NCBI GenBank assembly: GCA_963586845.1
Contig: CAVABN010000001.1
Location: 15,584 to 79,583 of the forward strand
DNA from: Bifidobacteriaceae bacterium
Lineage (GTDB): Archaea; Thermoplasmatota; Thermoplasmata; Methanomassiliicoccales; Methanomethylophilaceae
Length of the DNA: 64,000 bases
Direction: 5' to 3'
Under the pieces are notes generated by a model. It saw nothing but the letters and a program-made list of their open reading frames with translations. It ran no database searches and was not told the origin of the DNA. Made by a program: the position numbers and the translations under genes. Shown piece by piece: positions 51,424 through 60,902 of this stretch. The stretch's first letter is position 1; every line of letters starts with the position of its first letter.

Positions 51424-51591
51424 ATGACCGGAGATTTCATCAAAGTCAAGTGCCCCGACTGCGGAGCCGAGCAGATCGTCTTCAAGAAGGCGGCCACCAA
51501 GGTCCCCTGCCACGTCTGCGGCTCCACCCTCGTCGTCCCCAAGGGCGGCGTCGGCGACATCAAGGGCGAGATCCTCGAGGTTGTCGGCTGA
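51424..51591 (+). CDS. rps27e: 30S ribosomal protein S27e
   Basis: 55-aa ORF, not in the track: [55 protein letters not shown]. Zn ribbon and conserved L44e-S27e-aIF2alpha order. Confidence 0.88.
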   Translation: MTGDFIKVKCPDCGAEQIVFKKAATKVPCHVCGSTLVVPKGGVGDIKGEILEVVG

Positions 51592-52373
51592 TGGCTAGGG
51601 TCAGAGGCTTCCCGGAGAACGGCGAGCTCGTCGTGTGCACCGTGAAGAGCGTCAAGAATTTCGGCGCCTTCGTCTCACTCGACGAGTACGACGACAAGGA
51701 GGGATTCGTCCACGTCCGGGATGTTGCCACTGGCTGGGTAAAGTACATCAGGGACTACGTCAGGGAAGGTCAGAAAGTAGTCTGCAAGGTCCTGGGCGTG
51801 GACTCCTCGAAGGGCCACATCGACCTTTCCCTGAAAGCGGTCAACGACCACCAGAAAAGAGAGAAGATCCAGCAATGGAAGAACGAGAAGAAGGCCGAGA
51901 AGCTCGTCGAGATCGTCGCCGAGAGGATGTCGATCTCCGTCGACAAGGCCTACGACCTTTTCGGGAACGAGTTGCTGGAGGATTACGAGTCGCTCTACGA
52001 TGCGTTCGAGTCGGCGGTCGCCGAGACGGACGCGTTCCTCGAGGATTACGAGGGCGAGTGGATCGACACGTTCATGGAGGTGGCGAAGGAGAACGTCGCC
52101 GCCCCGTCCGTCCAGATCGACGGCATCCTCGAGATGACGTCGTCGGCACCCAACGGCATGGAACTGGTCCGCAACGCGCTCCTGAGAGGGATGGCGGCGG
52201 CGGACGGAGCCGAGGCCGAGATAACGTGCGTCGGATGCCCGAGGTACAGGGTCGTCGTCAAGGCGGCCGAATACAAGGAGGCGGAGGAGATCATGAAAGA
52301 GGTCTCCAACGCCGCCATCAGCGACCTCGTGTCCAACGGAGGCACCGCCTCCCTGAAACGCGAGAGCAAATGA
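51591..52373 (+). CDS. eif2a: translation initiation factor aIF-2 alpha
   Basis: FPENGELVVCTVKSVKNFGAFVSLDEY (S1 domain)... The start overlaps the S27e stop (TGATG). Confidence 0.94.
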   Translation: MARVRGFPENGELVVCTVKSVKNFGAFVSLDEYDDKEGFVHVRDVATGWVKYIRDYVREGQKVVCKVLGVDSSKGHIDLSLKAVNDHQKREKIQQWKNEKKAEKLVEIVAERMSISVDKAYDLFGNELLEDYESLYDAFESAVAETDAFLEDYEGEWIDTFMEVAKENVAAPSVQIDGILEMTSSAPNGMELVRNALLRGMAAADGAEAEITCVGCPRYRVVVKAAEYKEAEEIMKEVSNAAISDLVSNGGTASLKRESK

Positions 52374-52612
52374 GCTCCCGCATGAGATTCTGCAGGAACT
52401 GCGGGCGCTACACCCTCGACGAGAGGTGCGGCGCCTGCGGTTCCCTTACCGTCTGTCCGGTACCTCCGAAATATTCACCCGAGGACCGCATGGGCAACTA
52501 CCGTCGCAAGGCGACCGTGGATTCCTGGGATCGGAACCGACCGATGAGCGATCTGAACCGATCGAAGCGCCCTTTCTTGACGGGTGCCGGTTCTGTGCGT
52601 TCCTCCGCATAG
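52370..52612 (+). CDS. nop10: H/ACA RNP protein Nop10 with approx 30-aa C-terminal tail
   Basis: MRFCRNCGRYTLDERCGACGSLTVCPVPPKYSPEDRMGNYRRKA is the Nop10 core. ATG at 52370 or 52382. TAG stop. The tail overlaps the convergent gene. Confidence 0.85.
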   Translation: MSSRMRFCRNCGRYTLDERCGACGSLTVCPVPPKYSPEDRMGNYRRKATVDSWDRNRPMSDLNRSKRPFLTGAGSVRSSA

Positions 52613-53157
52613 GCGATGCGGTACTCCCCTTTGGGATAGAGCTGGGAGAAGGCCGCGAACGCCACCCACGACCTCAGAGGACGACGGGATTCCATGGGAG
52701 GGACGTAGTAGTCGCGGACCGACGGGGTCAGCAACGCGACCATGACGACCAGCACCATGGGCGTCACATAAAGAGGGTCCAGGGACACCAGCCCGGACAC
52801 CGCGATCCTCGTGTTCACCAGATAGCCCAGAATGGTCAGCGCCAGCAGTATGAACGACCCGCGGGCCGCCTTCTTCCACCCGGCGGGCTTCCTCGAGGAC
52901 AATCCGAACACCGCATCCGCGGTTATGAGGATCATGGCGATCTCGATCACGAAGAAGATCAGATTCCAGCTCGGCAGCGGACCGTCCGAGGATTCCACCA
53001 GGAGCCCCATCGACAGGACGCAGATCTTGGCGAAGTAGGTGATCATGATGAACATCAGGAACGCTTCGGCGACCATCACACCCAGAGGGGTGCGGCGAGA
53101 CATCTCCGGGATGCCCCCGCCATCGTCATTCCCATCCTTCGAACGGCCGAACGCCAT
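52498..53157 (-). CDS. hypothetical integral membrane protein
   Basis: 219 aa, about 5 TM helices. TAG stop. The 3' 115 nt overlap nop10. Confidence 0.6.
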   Translation of the reverse strand: MAFGRSKDGNDDGGGIPEMSRRTPLGVMVAEAFLMFIMITYFAKICVLSMGLLVESSDGPLPSWNLIFFVIEIAMILITADAVFGLSSRKPAGWKKAARGSFILLALTILGYLVNTRIAVSGLVSLDPLYVTPMVLVVMVALLTPSVRDYYVPPMESRRPLRSWVAFAAFSQLYPKGEYRIAYAEERTEPAPVKKGRFDRFRSLIGRFRSQESTVALRR

Positions 53158-53201
53158 GCGACGCCGATGCTATTTCTACCGCTTTATCCTTACCGCGCCA
53201 T

Positions 53202-54110
53202 ATGGAGCGGAACAAGGCTGCGGATGCGTTCGTGGACTGCGTCGTCCATCGCGGCGACCGCGACATGATGCTGAAGCCGTCGCTGTTCATCGCCGGCCTG
53301 TTCATACCGGTGGTCGTCGGGACCGCTGTCGCCTTCGCCGTCCTATGGTTGGATTCCGCCAACGGGAACGCGACGTTCCCGGAGGAACGCTACAGGGAAT
53401 GCATCACCGTCATGCTCCTCACCGCCTTCACCGCCGAGGCCGCGCTCTCCAGCTTCATGCTGTTCTGCGTCACCAGGAGGAACCGCAACCATCTGAGGAG
53501 GGATGCCGAATGGATGGAGGCGCTGTCCGATTTCGTGGACTTCCACGGAGGGGATTCCGCATCCATGAGACGCACGGCCCTCGGGAACAAGAGCATCATA
53601 GGCGGGGCCGCGACGAACCTGTCCATGGCGATCTGGATGATCCTCACCCTGGCGCTGGTCGCCCTCGGGATCGGGATATTCCTCACGTACGACTCCGCGA
53701 GCCTGGACGGCGTGACCGTCACCGTCCTGGTCATGGCCGTGCCGGTCCTGATGCTGCTCCTCGTCCAGTTCGCGGTCACCGTCGGGAGTGTCTTCTTCTT
53801 CCCCTCGAACCACGACGCCGTGCAGGCGAAGTTCACCGAGGAGTTCTCGGACAGGTGCGCCGGATTCGGATTCAGGGTGAACAGGATGCAGCACACCGTC
53901 CACAGGCGCGACATCTGGCCGCACATCCTGCTCGTGGCGGTCACCCTCGGACTGTACTCCTTCGTCTACCTGTTCATCTCGTGCAGGGAGATGAACAAGC
54001 ATCTGACCGAGCAATGGGCCTACGAGGAGGACCTGATGAGGAGGATCGTGGAGTTCGAGGGCGGCACGGGAATCGAATGCATCGGGAAGGCTCCGAAGAG
54101 GACCTCCTGA
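53202..54110 (+). CDS. hypothetical integral membrane protein
   Basis: 302 aa, about 6 TM helices separated by a soluble segment. No family recognised. Confidence 0.6.
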   Translation: MERNKAADAFVDCVVHRGDRDMMLKPSLFIAGLFIPVVVGTAVAFAVLWLDSANGNATFPEERYRECITVMLLTAFTAEAALSSFMLFCVTRRNRNHLRRDAEWMEALSDFVDFHGGDSASMRRTALGNKSIIGGAATNLSMAIWMILTLALVALGIGIFLTYDSASLDGVTVTVLVMAVPVLMLLLVQFAVTVGSVFFFPSNHDAVQAKFTEEFSDRCAGFGFRVNRMQHTVHRRDIWPHILLVAVTLGLYSFVYLFISCREMNKHLTEQWAYEEDLMRRIVEFEGGTGIECIGKAPKRTS

Positions 54111-54193
54111 ATCCGGGCGGTGTCTGGCCCCTGTTCCCGACCGCAAGAACGGCCACGATAGTTTAAAATAAGGCCTAGGTATCCTTGGCTTGT

Positions 54194-54304
54194 CCCCACC
54201 TAGCTCAGCCTGGCTAGAGCGGCTGACTGTAGAGTGTTCTCGGGAATACCGATACAGCCGCTGAAATCAGCAGGTCCCCTGTTCAAATCAGGGGGTGGGG
54301 ACCA
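54194..54304 (+). tRNA. tRNA-Tyr (anticodon GUA) with approx 33-nt canonical-position intron (about 54233-54265), CCA encoded
   Basis: Acceptor CCCCACC/GGTGGGG, D arm GCTC/GAGC, anticodon stem GCTGA...TCAGC with loop CTGTAG^intron^A, T arm CCCTG-TTCAAAT-CAGGG. Confidence 0.85.
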
Positions 54305-54418
54305 CATTCTGACCTCTATATCCTGTGGACGACCGTCTCTTCCGCACGGGGGATGCCCCCCGGTCCTCCAAAACATCCGGCGATACCGCTTAATGGAACC
54401 TCCCTCTAAGGAGATGCG

Positions 54419-55639
54419 ATGAACGACCTCGACCCGACCCTCGAGATACGCAGCCTCACCACCGACGACCTGGACAAGTACAACGCGCTGCTCCGCTACG
54501 CGTTCCAGGTCACCGAGGAGGAGCTCATGAGGGCCGGCTGGAGGGACGACGACATCATGCAGTCCAAGTTTCCGGTGCTCGAGAGGGCGGACGTCCTGGG
54601 CTGCTGGGACGGGGAGGACCTCGTGTCGCAGATCGCCGTCTACCCTCTGAGGATGAACATCCACTCGTCCGTCTACGACATCGGTCACATCACCAGCGTC
54701 ACCACCTATCCGGAGTACTCCGGGCGCGGGATCATGAAGCGGCTCCTGCACCTGGGCCTCACCCGCATCCGCGAGAACGGCAGGTCCCTGGCGCTGCTGT
54801 TCCCCTATTCGATCCCGCTCTACAGGAAGTTCGGATGGGAGATCGTCTCCAACAAGATCTCCTACAAGGTCAAGGACACCCAGATCTACCCCGGGCGCAG
54901 GAAGGACCGCGCCCCCGGGTACGTCCGCAGGGTCTCATGGGACAATGCGGAGTTCATGAACCTCCACGCCCGCTTCGCGCTCAGGACCCACGGCTGCATC
55001 CTCAGGGATAAGATCGCATGGGAGGAGTACTGGAGATGGGACGAGGAGGACACCCTGGTCGCCGTGTACTACGACGAGGACGACGAGGCCATGGGATACA
55101 TGGTGTACCTGATCAAGGAGGACGTGATGCACATCAAGGAGATGGTGTATCTCGGAATGGAGGCGCAGAAGGGCCTCTGGGACTACATCAGCGCCCACTA
55201 CTCCATGATCGACGAGGTCCGCGGCAACTCGTACCGCAACGAGCTGATGGCGTTCCTCCTGGAGGACGGCAACGTGACCGAGGCGATCCGCCCGTACATG
55301 ATGGCCCGCATAGTGGATGTGGGGATGTTCTTCGAGGAATACAGGACGGACGACGCCGAGGCGGACGTGTGCATAGCGTTCGAGGTGGAGGATCCGTTCC
55401 TGGAGTGGAACAACGGGACGTTCGCGGTGCTCTTCCACGGGGGACGCGCCGAGGTGACGGACATGGAGCCCGATTACACCGTATCGCTGTCCATCGGGAC
55501 CCTGACCACGTTGCTCATGGGATACATGTCGGCGGCCCAATTGGAGAGGTTGGAGAGGCTGAAGGGATCCCACGAGGCCGTGGAGGCCTTGGATGAGATC
55601 CTGATCCACGAGATCCCGTACATCTCCGATTACATCTGA
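54419..55639 (+). CDS. GNAT acetyltransferase, Eis-like three-domain architecture
   Basis: 406 aa. N-terminal GNAT (VTTYPEYSGRGIMKRLL) followed by a second GNAT-like domain and an SCP2-like C-terminal region. AAGGAG lies 6 nt before the ATG. Confidence 0.8.
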   Translation: MNDLDPTLEIRSLTTDDLDKYNALLRYAFQVTEEELMRAGWRDDDIMQSKFPVLERADVLGCWDGEDLVSQIAVYPLRMNIHSSVYDIGHITSVTTYPEYSGRGIMKRLLHLGLTRIRENGRSLALLFPYSIPLYRKFGWEIVSNKISYKVKDTQIYPGRRKDRAPGYVRRVSWDNAEFMNLHARFALRTHGCILRDKIAWEEYWRWDEEDTLVAVYYDEDDEAMGYMVYLIKEDVMHIKEMVYLGMEAQKGLWDYISAHYSMIDEVRGNSYRNELMAFLLEDGNVTEAIRPYMMARIVDVGMFFEEYRTDDAEADVCIAFEVEDPFLEWNNGTFAVLFHGGRAEVTDMEPDYTVSLSIGTLTTLLMGYMSAAQLERLERLKGSHEAVEALDEILIHEIPYISDYI

Positions 55640-55720
55640 GCAATGTGCATAATACGAAATGTCCAGGTGCAATCGCCCATAATTTAAATCATATGAGACG
55701 ATGCGGGTATCGGTGGATGG

Positions 55721-57556
55721 ATGGAGGAAGCGATTATACTCACAGCCCTGGCGCTCTTCACGCTCTTGGCCGCGGTATGCTCGATCGTTTTTAACAAACT
55801 TAAACTCCCTCCGCTCATCGGCTACATCGTCGCCGGAATAATCCTGGTCAACGTCCTTTTCCTCTATCAGGACCAGGAGACCATCGAGGTCGAAGAGGAC
55901 ATCATCTCCCTGCTGAAGGACATGGGATTGGTCATGCTGATGTTCTGCATCGGCCTGGAGATCAACATCAAGAAAATCCGCAAGCAGGGTTCCTTCGCGA
56001 TACTCGTGGCGGTCATCCAGCTGCCTCTCATGGTATTCGGCGGATTCGTCGCGGGCACGTTCATGGGCTACGACATGACGCAGTCCATCGTCCTGGGCGC
56101 GATCATCTCCGGTTCGTCCACGGCCGTGGTCATGGCCGTGCTGAAATCGCAGAACCGTCTGGACAGGGAGCACATCGAGATGCTCGTCCTGATCACCATC
56201 ATGGAGGATATCGGCCAGGTCATCATCCTGTCCATGATCACCCCGCTGATGGCGAATTACGTGCTGCACTCCGGCGGCGGGATGGACATCAACTCGATCA
56301 TCGCGCTGATCGTCAAGATCCTGGCGTTCATGGTCATCAGCATCGTCGTCGGGCTGAAGGTGGTCCCGCGCATCATCAACTGGATATCGGACAACGTCTC
56401 GGACGAGATCCTCACGATCACATCCGTCGGACTGGCGTTCGGCATGGCGCTCCTGGCGACCTACGCCGGACTGTCCATGGCCATCGGGGCCTTCCTGATG
56501 GGTATGATGGTCGCCAGCAGCAGGAAGGCCAAGGACATCAACCACAAGATCGAGCCCATGCGCGACCTGTTCATGGCCATATTCTTCATCAGTATCGGAG
56601 CCGAGGTGTTCCCCGCCAGCATCCTGCTGGACAACATCTCGACCATCCTGATATTCTACCTCCTGTTCGCCGGCCTGAAGACCGCGACCGTGTTCTTCGC
56701 CTACTGGTTCGGGAACGAGTCCTGCAGGAACGGTTTCCTGTCGGCGACCGGCCTGTGCGCCATGGGAGAATTCGCATTCATCATCGCCGCGGAGGCGCTG
56801 AACGACCAGGTCGTGGACAATTCGTTCTACACCTCGGTCATCGGCGCCGCTCTGATCTCCATGATCATGCTGCCGATAATCTGCAGATACGCGGACCGCA
56901 TCTGGGACCGCTCCGTGGAGAAGTGCCCCCGCAAGCTGTACGCGGGATGCTGCGCTGTGAACGAGGCGAGGTCTAGCATGTACATGCGCGTGTCCGTCAC
57001 CTCGAGGAAGTCGCAGAAGGCCGTGTACAAGAGCATGACCCACACCTACATCAACATCCTGTCCATCGCCGCGATCGAGATCGTCTTCTACTTCGCTCTC
57101 CCGCCGCTCGTGGACTGGCTGATGGGCTCCTTCGGCGGGAGCATGACCGCATGGGTCATCGCGGTGCTCGGACTGAACTTCCTGGTGCTCACGATCCCCA
57201 CGTACTACCTGATCAACAACGTGAAGTTCCTGGACGAGATCATCATCACGGGAGCCAAACGCATCGCGAACATGGAGAGCTCCAGGGACAACCCCTCGGC
57301 CACCTACGAGAGGTTCCAGAAGTTCCTGGAGGTCAACACGTACCTCCTGATCCTCGGCATCGACTTCGCCATAGTCCTCCTGGTGCCCAACGCCGTTGCG
57401 GTGCCCTGGTGGTACTACCTCCTGGTGTTCGCCGCCGGTGCGGCGATAGTGGTCGCGATGTACCTCAGGAAGCGCCATCAGGCGGCCCTCGAGGATACGG
57501 ATGCCGAGCCCGAAGGAACGGCTCCCGAGTCGGACGATCACGATGAGAATCAGTGA
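55721..57556 (+). CDS. cation:proton antiporter (CPA2/Kef-type)
   Basis: 611 aa. Na+/H+ exchanger-type helices (LPPLIGYIVAGIILVN..., GLEINIKKI). Acidic C-terminal tail. Confidence 0.85.
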   Translation: MEEAIILTALALFTLLAAVCSIVFNKLKLPPLIGYIVAGIILVNVLFLYQDQETIEVEEDIISLLKDMGLVMLMFCIGLEINIKKIRKQGSFAILVAVIQLPLMVFGGFVAGTFMGYDMTQSIVLGAIISGSSTAVVMAVLKSQNRLDREHIEMLVLITIMEDIGQVIILSMITPLMANYVLHSGGGMDINSIIALIVKILAFMVISIVVGLKVVPRIINWISDNVSDEILTITSVGLAFGMALLATYAGLSMAIGAFLMGMMVASSRKAKDINHKIEPMRDLFMAIFFISIGAEVFPASILLDNISTILIFYLLFAGLKTATVFFAYWFGNESCRNGFLSATGLCAMGEFAFIIAAEALNDQVVDNSFYTSVIGAALISMIMLPIICRYADRIWDRSVEKCPRKLYAGCCAVNEARSSMYMRVSVTSRKSQKAVYKSMTHTYINILSIAAIEIVFYFALPPLVDWLMGSFGGSMTAWVIAVLGLNFLVLTIPTYYLINNVKFLDEIIITGAKRIANMESSRDNPSATYERFQKFLEVNTYLLILGIDFAIVLLVPNAVAVPWWYYLLVFAAGAAIVVAMYLRKRHQAALEDTDAEPEGTAPESDDHDENQ

Positions 57557-57576
57557 ACCCGGGCCGCTTCCCGGGT
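57557..57576. terminator. hairpin ACCCGGG-CCGCTT-CCCGGGT between convergent genes
   Basis: Perfect 7-bp stem immediately after the antiporter stop. Confidence 0.35.
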
Positions 57577-57646
57577 CTCCATGATGTGGATGAAGGCACG
57601 CATCGGACGCTCCGCGCCCGACGCGCACCCGTTTCCGTCCTTCGTC

Positions 57647-58936
57647 TCATCTGAGGCAGAGCGAGCGCCACATGTCCTCGGACCTGGAGAGGACCTCCTC
57701 GGTATCGAGGGTCGTGATGGCGCCGTTCTCCACGACGATGTCGCCCTGGCACATGACGGTCTTGACGTTCAGGCTGTTGCCCGAATAGACGATGTTGGCG
57801 ATGATGTTCTCCTGCAGGAGGGGCCTGAGGTTCGGGGCCTTCCCGTCCAGTATCACGAGATCGGCGTACTTGCCGGGCTCGATGGATCCGATGGAATCGG
57901 CCATGCCGACGGCCTTGGCACCGTTGATTGTGGCGAAGTCCAACAGATCCTGAGCGGGAGCGACGGTCGCATCCCACCTGCTGGACTTCTGGAGGAGACC
58001 CAGCAGCCTCATCTCGGCGAACATGTCGAGGGTGTTGTTCGTGGTGCTCCCGTCGGTGCCGATGGAGACGTTGACCCCGTACTTCTGGAACTCCGGGACG
58101 GGCGCCACGCCCCCGGTGGCGAGCTTCATGTTGGACGCGGGACAGCTGGAGATCGACATCCCGGCCTCCCCCATGAGCCTGACCTCCCTGAGGGTGAGCC
58201 AGGCCGAGTGGGCCGATACGCCCCTCGGACCGAGGACCCCGATCTCCGAGAGCCACTCGGCGGGGCGCATGCCGGTCTTGCGCTTGTGGTCGTTGACCTC
58301 GCCCCTGGTCTCGGACAGGTGGAAGTTCATGGGCGCCTCCTTCTCGTCCGACAGCGCCTTGGCGCCGACGCAGGTGTCCTCGTCGCAGACGTACACCCCC
58401 TGGAGACCAACTCCGGGGACGATCTTGCGGACGTTCGAGTGCTGGTCGATGAACCTCCTGCAGTTGGTCAGGGGGCTGCCCTTCTGAGTGGTCTTGTCAT
58501 CGTCCAGGACGCACCAGCACAGCACGCCGCGGATGCCGGCGGCCTGGGTGGCTTTCGCGATGACGTCCTCGGAGTAGTAGAGGTCCATGAAGGTGGTGGT
58601 GCCTCCGCGCATCATCTCCATGCATCCGAGCCTGGTGCCGATGTCGAGGTCCTCGTCGGTGCGGTCGGAGTCGATCCTGAACGTCTTATTCAGGAAATCG
58701 GGGAACAGGAGATCGTCGACGACCCCCTTCATCACGGACATGGCGATGTGCGTGTGGGTGTTGACCATCCCCGGCATGACTATGTCGCCGGTCGCGTCGA
58801 TCTCCCTGTCGGCGGTCCCGTTGTAGGAGGGTCCGACGGAGACGATCCTCTCGTTCTCGACGACGACGTCCCCCTTCAGGACCCTGCGCTGAGGATCCTG
58901 GGTGACTATCCATGCGTTGCGGATGGCTGTTATCAT
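57647..58936 (-). CDS. amidohydrolase, MTA/SAH (5'-deoxyadenosine) deaminase family
   Basis: MPGMVNTHTHIAMS..., FHLSET, GTDG: the metal-binding pattern of the MtaD/DadD subfamily. Confidence 0.88.
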   Translation of the reverse strand: MITAIRNAWIVTQDPQRRVLKGDVVVENERIVSVGPSYNGTADREIDATGDIVMPGMVNTHTHIAMSVMKGVVDDLLFPDFLNKTFRIDSDRTDEDLDIGTRLGCMEMMRGGTTTFMDLYYSEDVIAKATQAAGIRGVLCWCVLDDDKTTQKGSPLTNCRRFIDQHSNVRKIVPGVGLQGVYVCDEDTCVGAKALSDEKEAPMNFHLSETRGEVNDHKRKTGMRPAEWLSEIGVLGPRGVSAHSAWLTLREVRLMGEAGMSISSCPASNMKLATGGVAPVPEFQKYGVNVSIGTDGSTTNNTLDMFAEMRLLGLLQKSSRWDATVAPAQDLLDFATINGAKAVGMADSIGSIEPGKYADLVILDGKAPNLRPLLQENIIANIVYSGNSLNVKTVMCQGDIVVENGAITTLDTEEVLSRSEDMWRSLCLR

Positions 58937-59017
58937 GAACCCCGTATCCGGGGACGGGGGTTTAATCGTTGGCGCGGACGACTGGAGTTTTTATCCACCC
59001 ATCCCGATTCCAAACGC

Positions 59018-60037
59018 ATGACCCCTCGCGAGCGCGTCCTGGAAGCCCTTTCCCGCAACACACCCGACATCCCTCCGGTGGCCATACTCACGCAATCCGC
59101 CACCGTGGGGATGATGGACAGAACCGGAGCGTCCTGGCCGGAGGCCCATTCGGACCCGGCGAGGATGGCCCGCCTCGGATGCGCCCAGGCGGAGCTGTTC
59201 GGATTCGAATCAGTGAGGGTCCCGTTCGACATCACCGCGGAAGCGGAGCGTCTCGGATGCGGGGTGCGCATGGGAACGCGCGAGGACATCCCGTCCATAT
59301 CCGAGAGGGCTTACGGGTTCGACCCTTTCTCCGACGAGTTCCCCGACACGGACGGCCTGATGTCCCCATCGGAGTTCGTATCCGGAGGCAGACCGACCAT
59401 GGTGGCGGAAGCCGTGCGCATCGCCTCGAAGAAGTGGGGCGACACGCATCCCGTCTGCGCCGGGATGCTCGGCCCGGTGTCCCTCCTCGGACAGCTGGCG
59501 AGCACCGAGACCATGGCCGTGAGCACCATGTTCAATCCCGATTGGACCGAGAAATGGTGCTCCGCACTCGCCGGGATCCAGGAGGAGTACGCCAAGCTCC
59601 TGAGGGATGCGGGCGCGGACATCATCACCGTTGTGGAAGGGGTGGCCTCCCCCGACGTGCTCGACCCGTCGTTCTTCGAACGCCTCAGCGGGTCGCACAT
59701 GAGACGCATGATGCCCTCCGGGATCAAGAGCGTCCTGCACATCTGCGGGACCACCGACCCGATCCTCGGAATGGTCGGAGCCTCCGGCGTGGATGCTTTC
59801 TCCCCCGATCCGAGCATGGATCCGACGAAGGTCCTGGAAGGCATCGGCGACAGGGTCGCTGTCGCAGGAGCCGTGGATCCGGTCAACACCCTCCTGTTCG
59901 GCACCCCGGAGAAGGTGCGCGACGAAGCGCGGATGTTCTCGGACGCGGGATACCATCTCATAACCCCCGGATGCGGTCTGGCCCCGCTCACCCCCGATGC
60001 GAATCTCGAAGCTTTGGCCGGAGCGTTCCGTCGGTAA
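59018..60037 (+). CDS. methylcobamide:CoM methyltransferase (MT2, MtaA/MtbA family; URO-D fold)
   Basis: 339 aa. LHICGTT (His-x-Cys Zn ligands) and PGCGLAP. The substrate route (methanol vs methylamines) cannot be told from the sequence alone. Confidence 0.82.
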   Translation: MTPRERVLEALSRNTPDIPPVAILTQSATVGMMDRTGASWPEAHSDPARMARLGCAQAELFGFESVRVPFDITAEAERLGCGVRMGTREDIPSISERAYGFDPFSDEFPDTDGLMSPSEFVSGGRPTMVAEAVRIASKKWGDTHPVCAGMLGPVSLLGQLASTETMAVSTMFNPDWTEKWCSALAGIQEEYAKLLRDAGADIITVVEGVASPDVLDPSFFERLSGSHMRRMMPSGIKSVLHICGTTDPILGMVGASGVDAFSPDPSMDPTKVLEGIGDRVAVAGAVDPVNTLLFGTPEKVRDEARMFSDAGYHLITPGCGLAPLTPDANLEALAGAFRR

Positions 60038-60068
60038 CTACGAAATAGGGCCCCGCGCATCAGCAGGC

Positions 60069-60902
60069 ATGGGATTCCGCATAACATTCCTGGGGACGGG
60101 CGGCGGTCGCCACACCACCATGTACCAGACCCGCTCCACCGGCGGTTTCCTCATAGAGCACGACGGCAGGTTCCTCCACGTCGACCCCGGACCCGGGGCC
60201 CTGACGCAGATGCAGAGGATCCGCTACGACCTCACTAGGACGGAATCCATCATCGTCTCCCACTGCCACCCCGACCACTACTCCGACGCGGCCAGCGTCA
60301 TCGAGGGGATGACCATGGGCGGATGGGTGAAGCGCGGGAGCCTGTACGGGTCGGAGACAGTCATCAACGGCCAGGGGGTCCTCGGACCCGCTTTCTCCCC
60401 GTACCACCTCAGCAGGCCCGAGCATGTGACCGCGTTCAAGCCCGGCGACGTCCTCGACGTGGACGGGATGCGCGTGGAGGTGTGCGAAGCGATCCACAGC
60501 GACCCCACCAACGTGGGATTCAGGATGGACACGGGTCACGGGATACTGTCCTATGTGAGCGACACGGAGTACACGGACGCCATAGCCGACCAGTACGTCG
60601 GATCGCGCGTCCTGCTGCTCCCTGTGACCACCCCGATGGGAAACCGCATCCGGTACCATCTGTGCACCGACGATGCGATCACGTTCGTGGAGAGGGTCAA
60701 GCCGGAACTCGCCGTATTCGTGCATCTAGGCATAGTGATAATCCGCAGGGACCCCGCGAAGCAGGCCGCCATGGTGCAGGATGCCACCGGGATCAGGACC
60801 ATCGCCGCCGAGGACCTGATGACCATCGACGTGGGCGACGAACTGGTTCTGGGGAAGGCGGAGACTCACGACGAGCCCTGGATACCGGATTCCGCTCCCT
60901 GA
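60069..60902 (+). CDS. MBL-fold metallo-hydrolase
   Basis: ITFLGTGGG..., HCHPDHY (HxHxDH). The first 24 aa of the track ORF are spurious. Confidence 0.85.
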   Translation: MGFRITFLGTGGGRHTTMYQTRSTGGFLIEHDGRFLHVDPGPGALTQMQRIRYDLTRTESIIVSHCHPDHYSDAASVIEGMTMGGWVKRGSLYGSETVINGQGVLGPAFSPYHLSRPEHVTAFKPGDVLDVDGMRVEVCEAIHSDPTNVGFRMDTGHGILSYVSDTEYTDAIADQYVGSRVLLLPVTTPMGNRIRYHLCTDDAITFVERVKPELAVFVHLGIVIIRRDPAKQAAMVQDATGIRTIAAEDLMTIDVGDELVLGKAETHDEPWIPDSAP

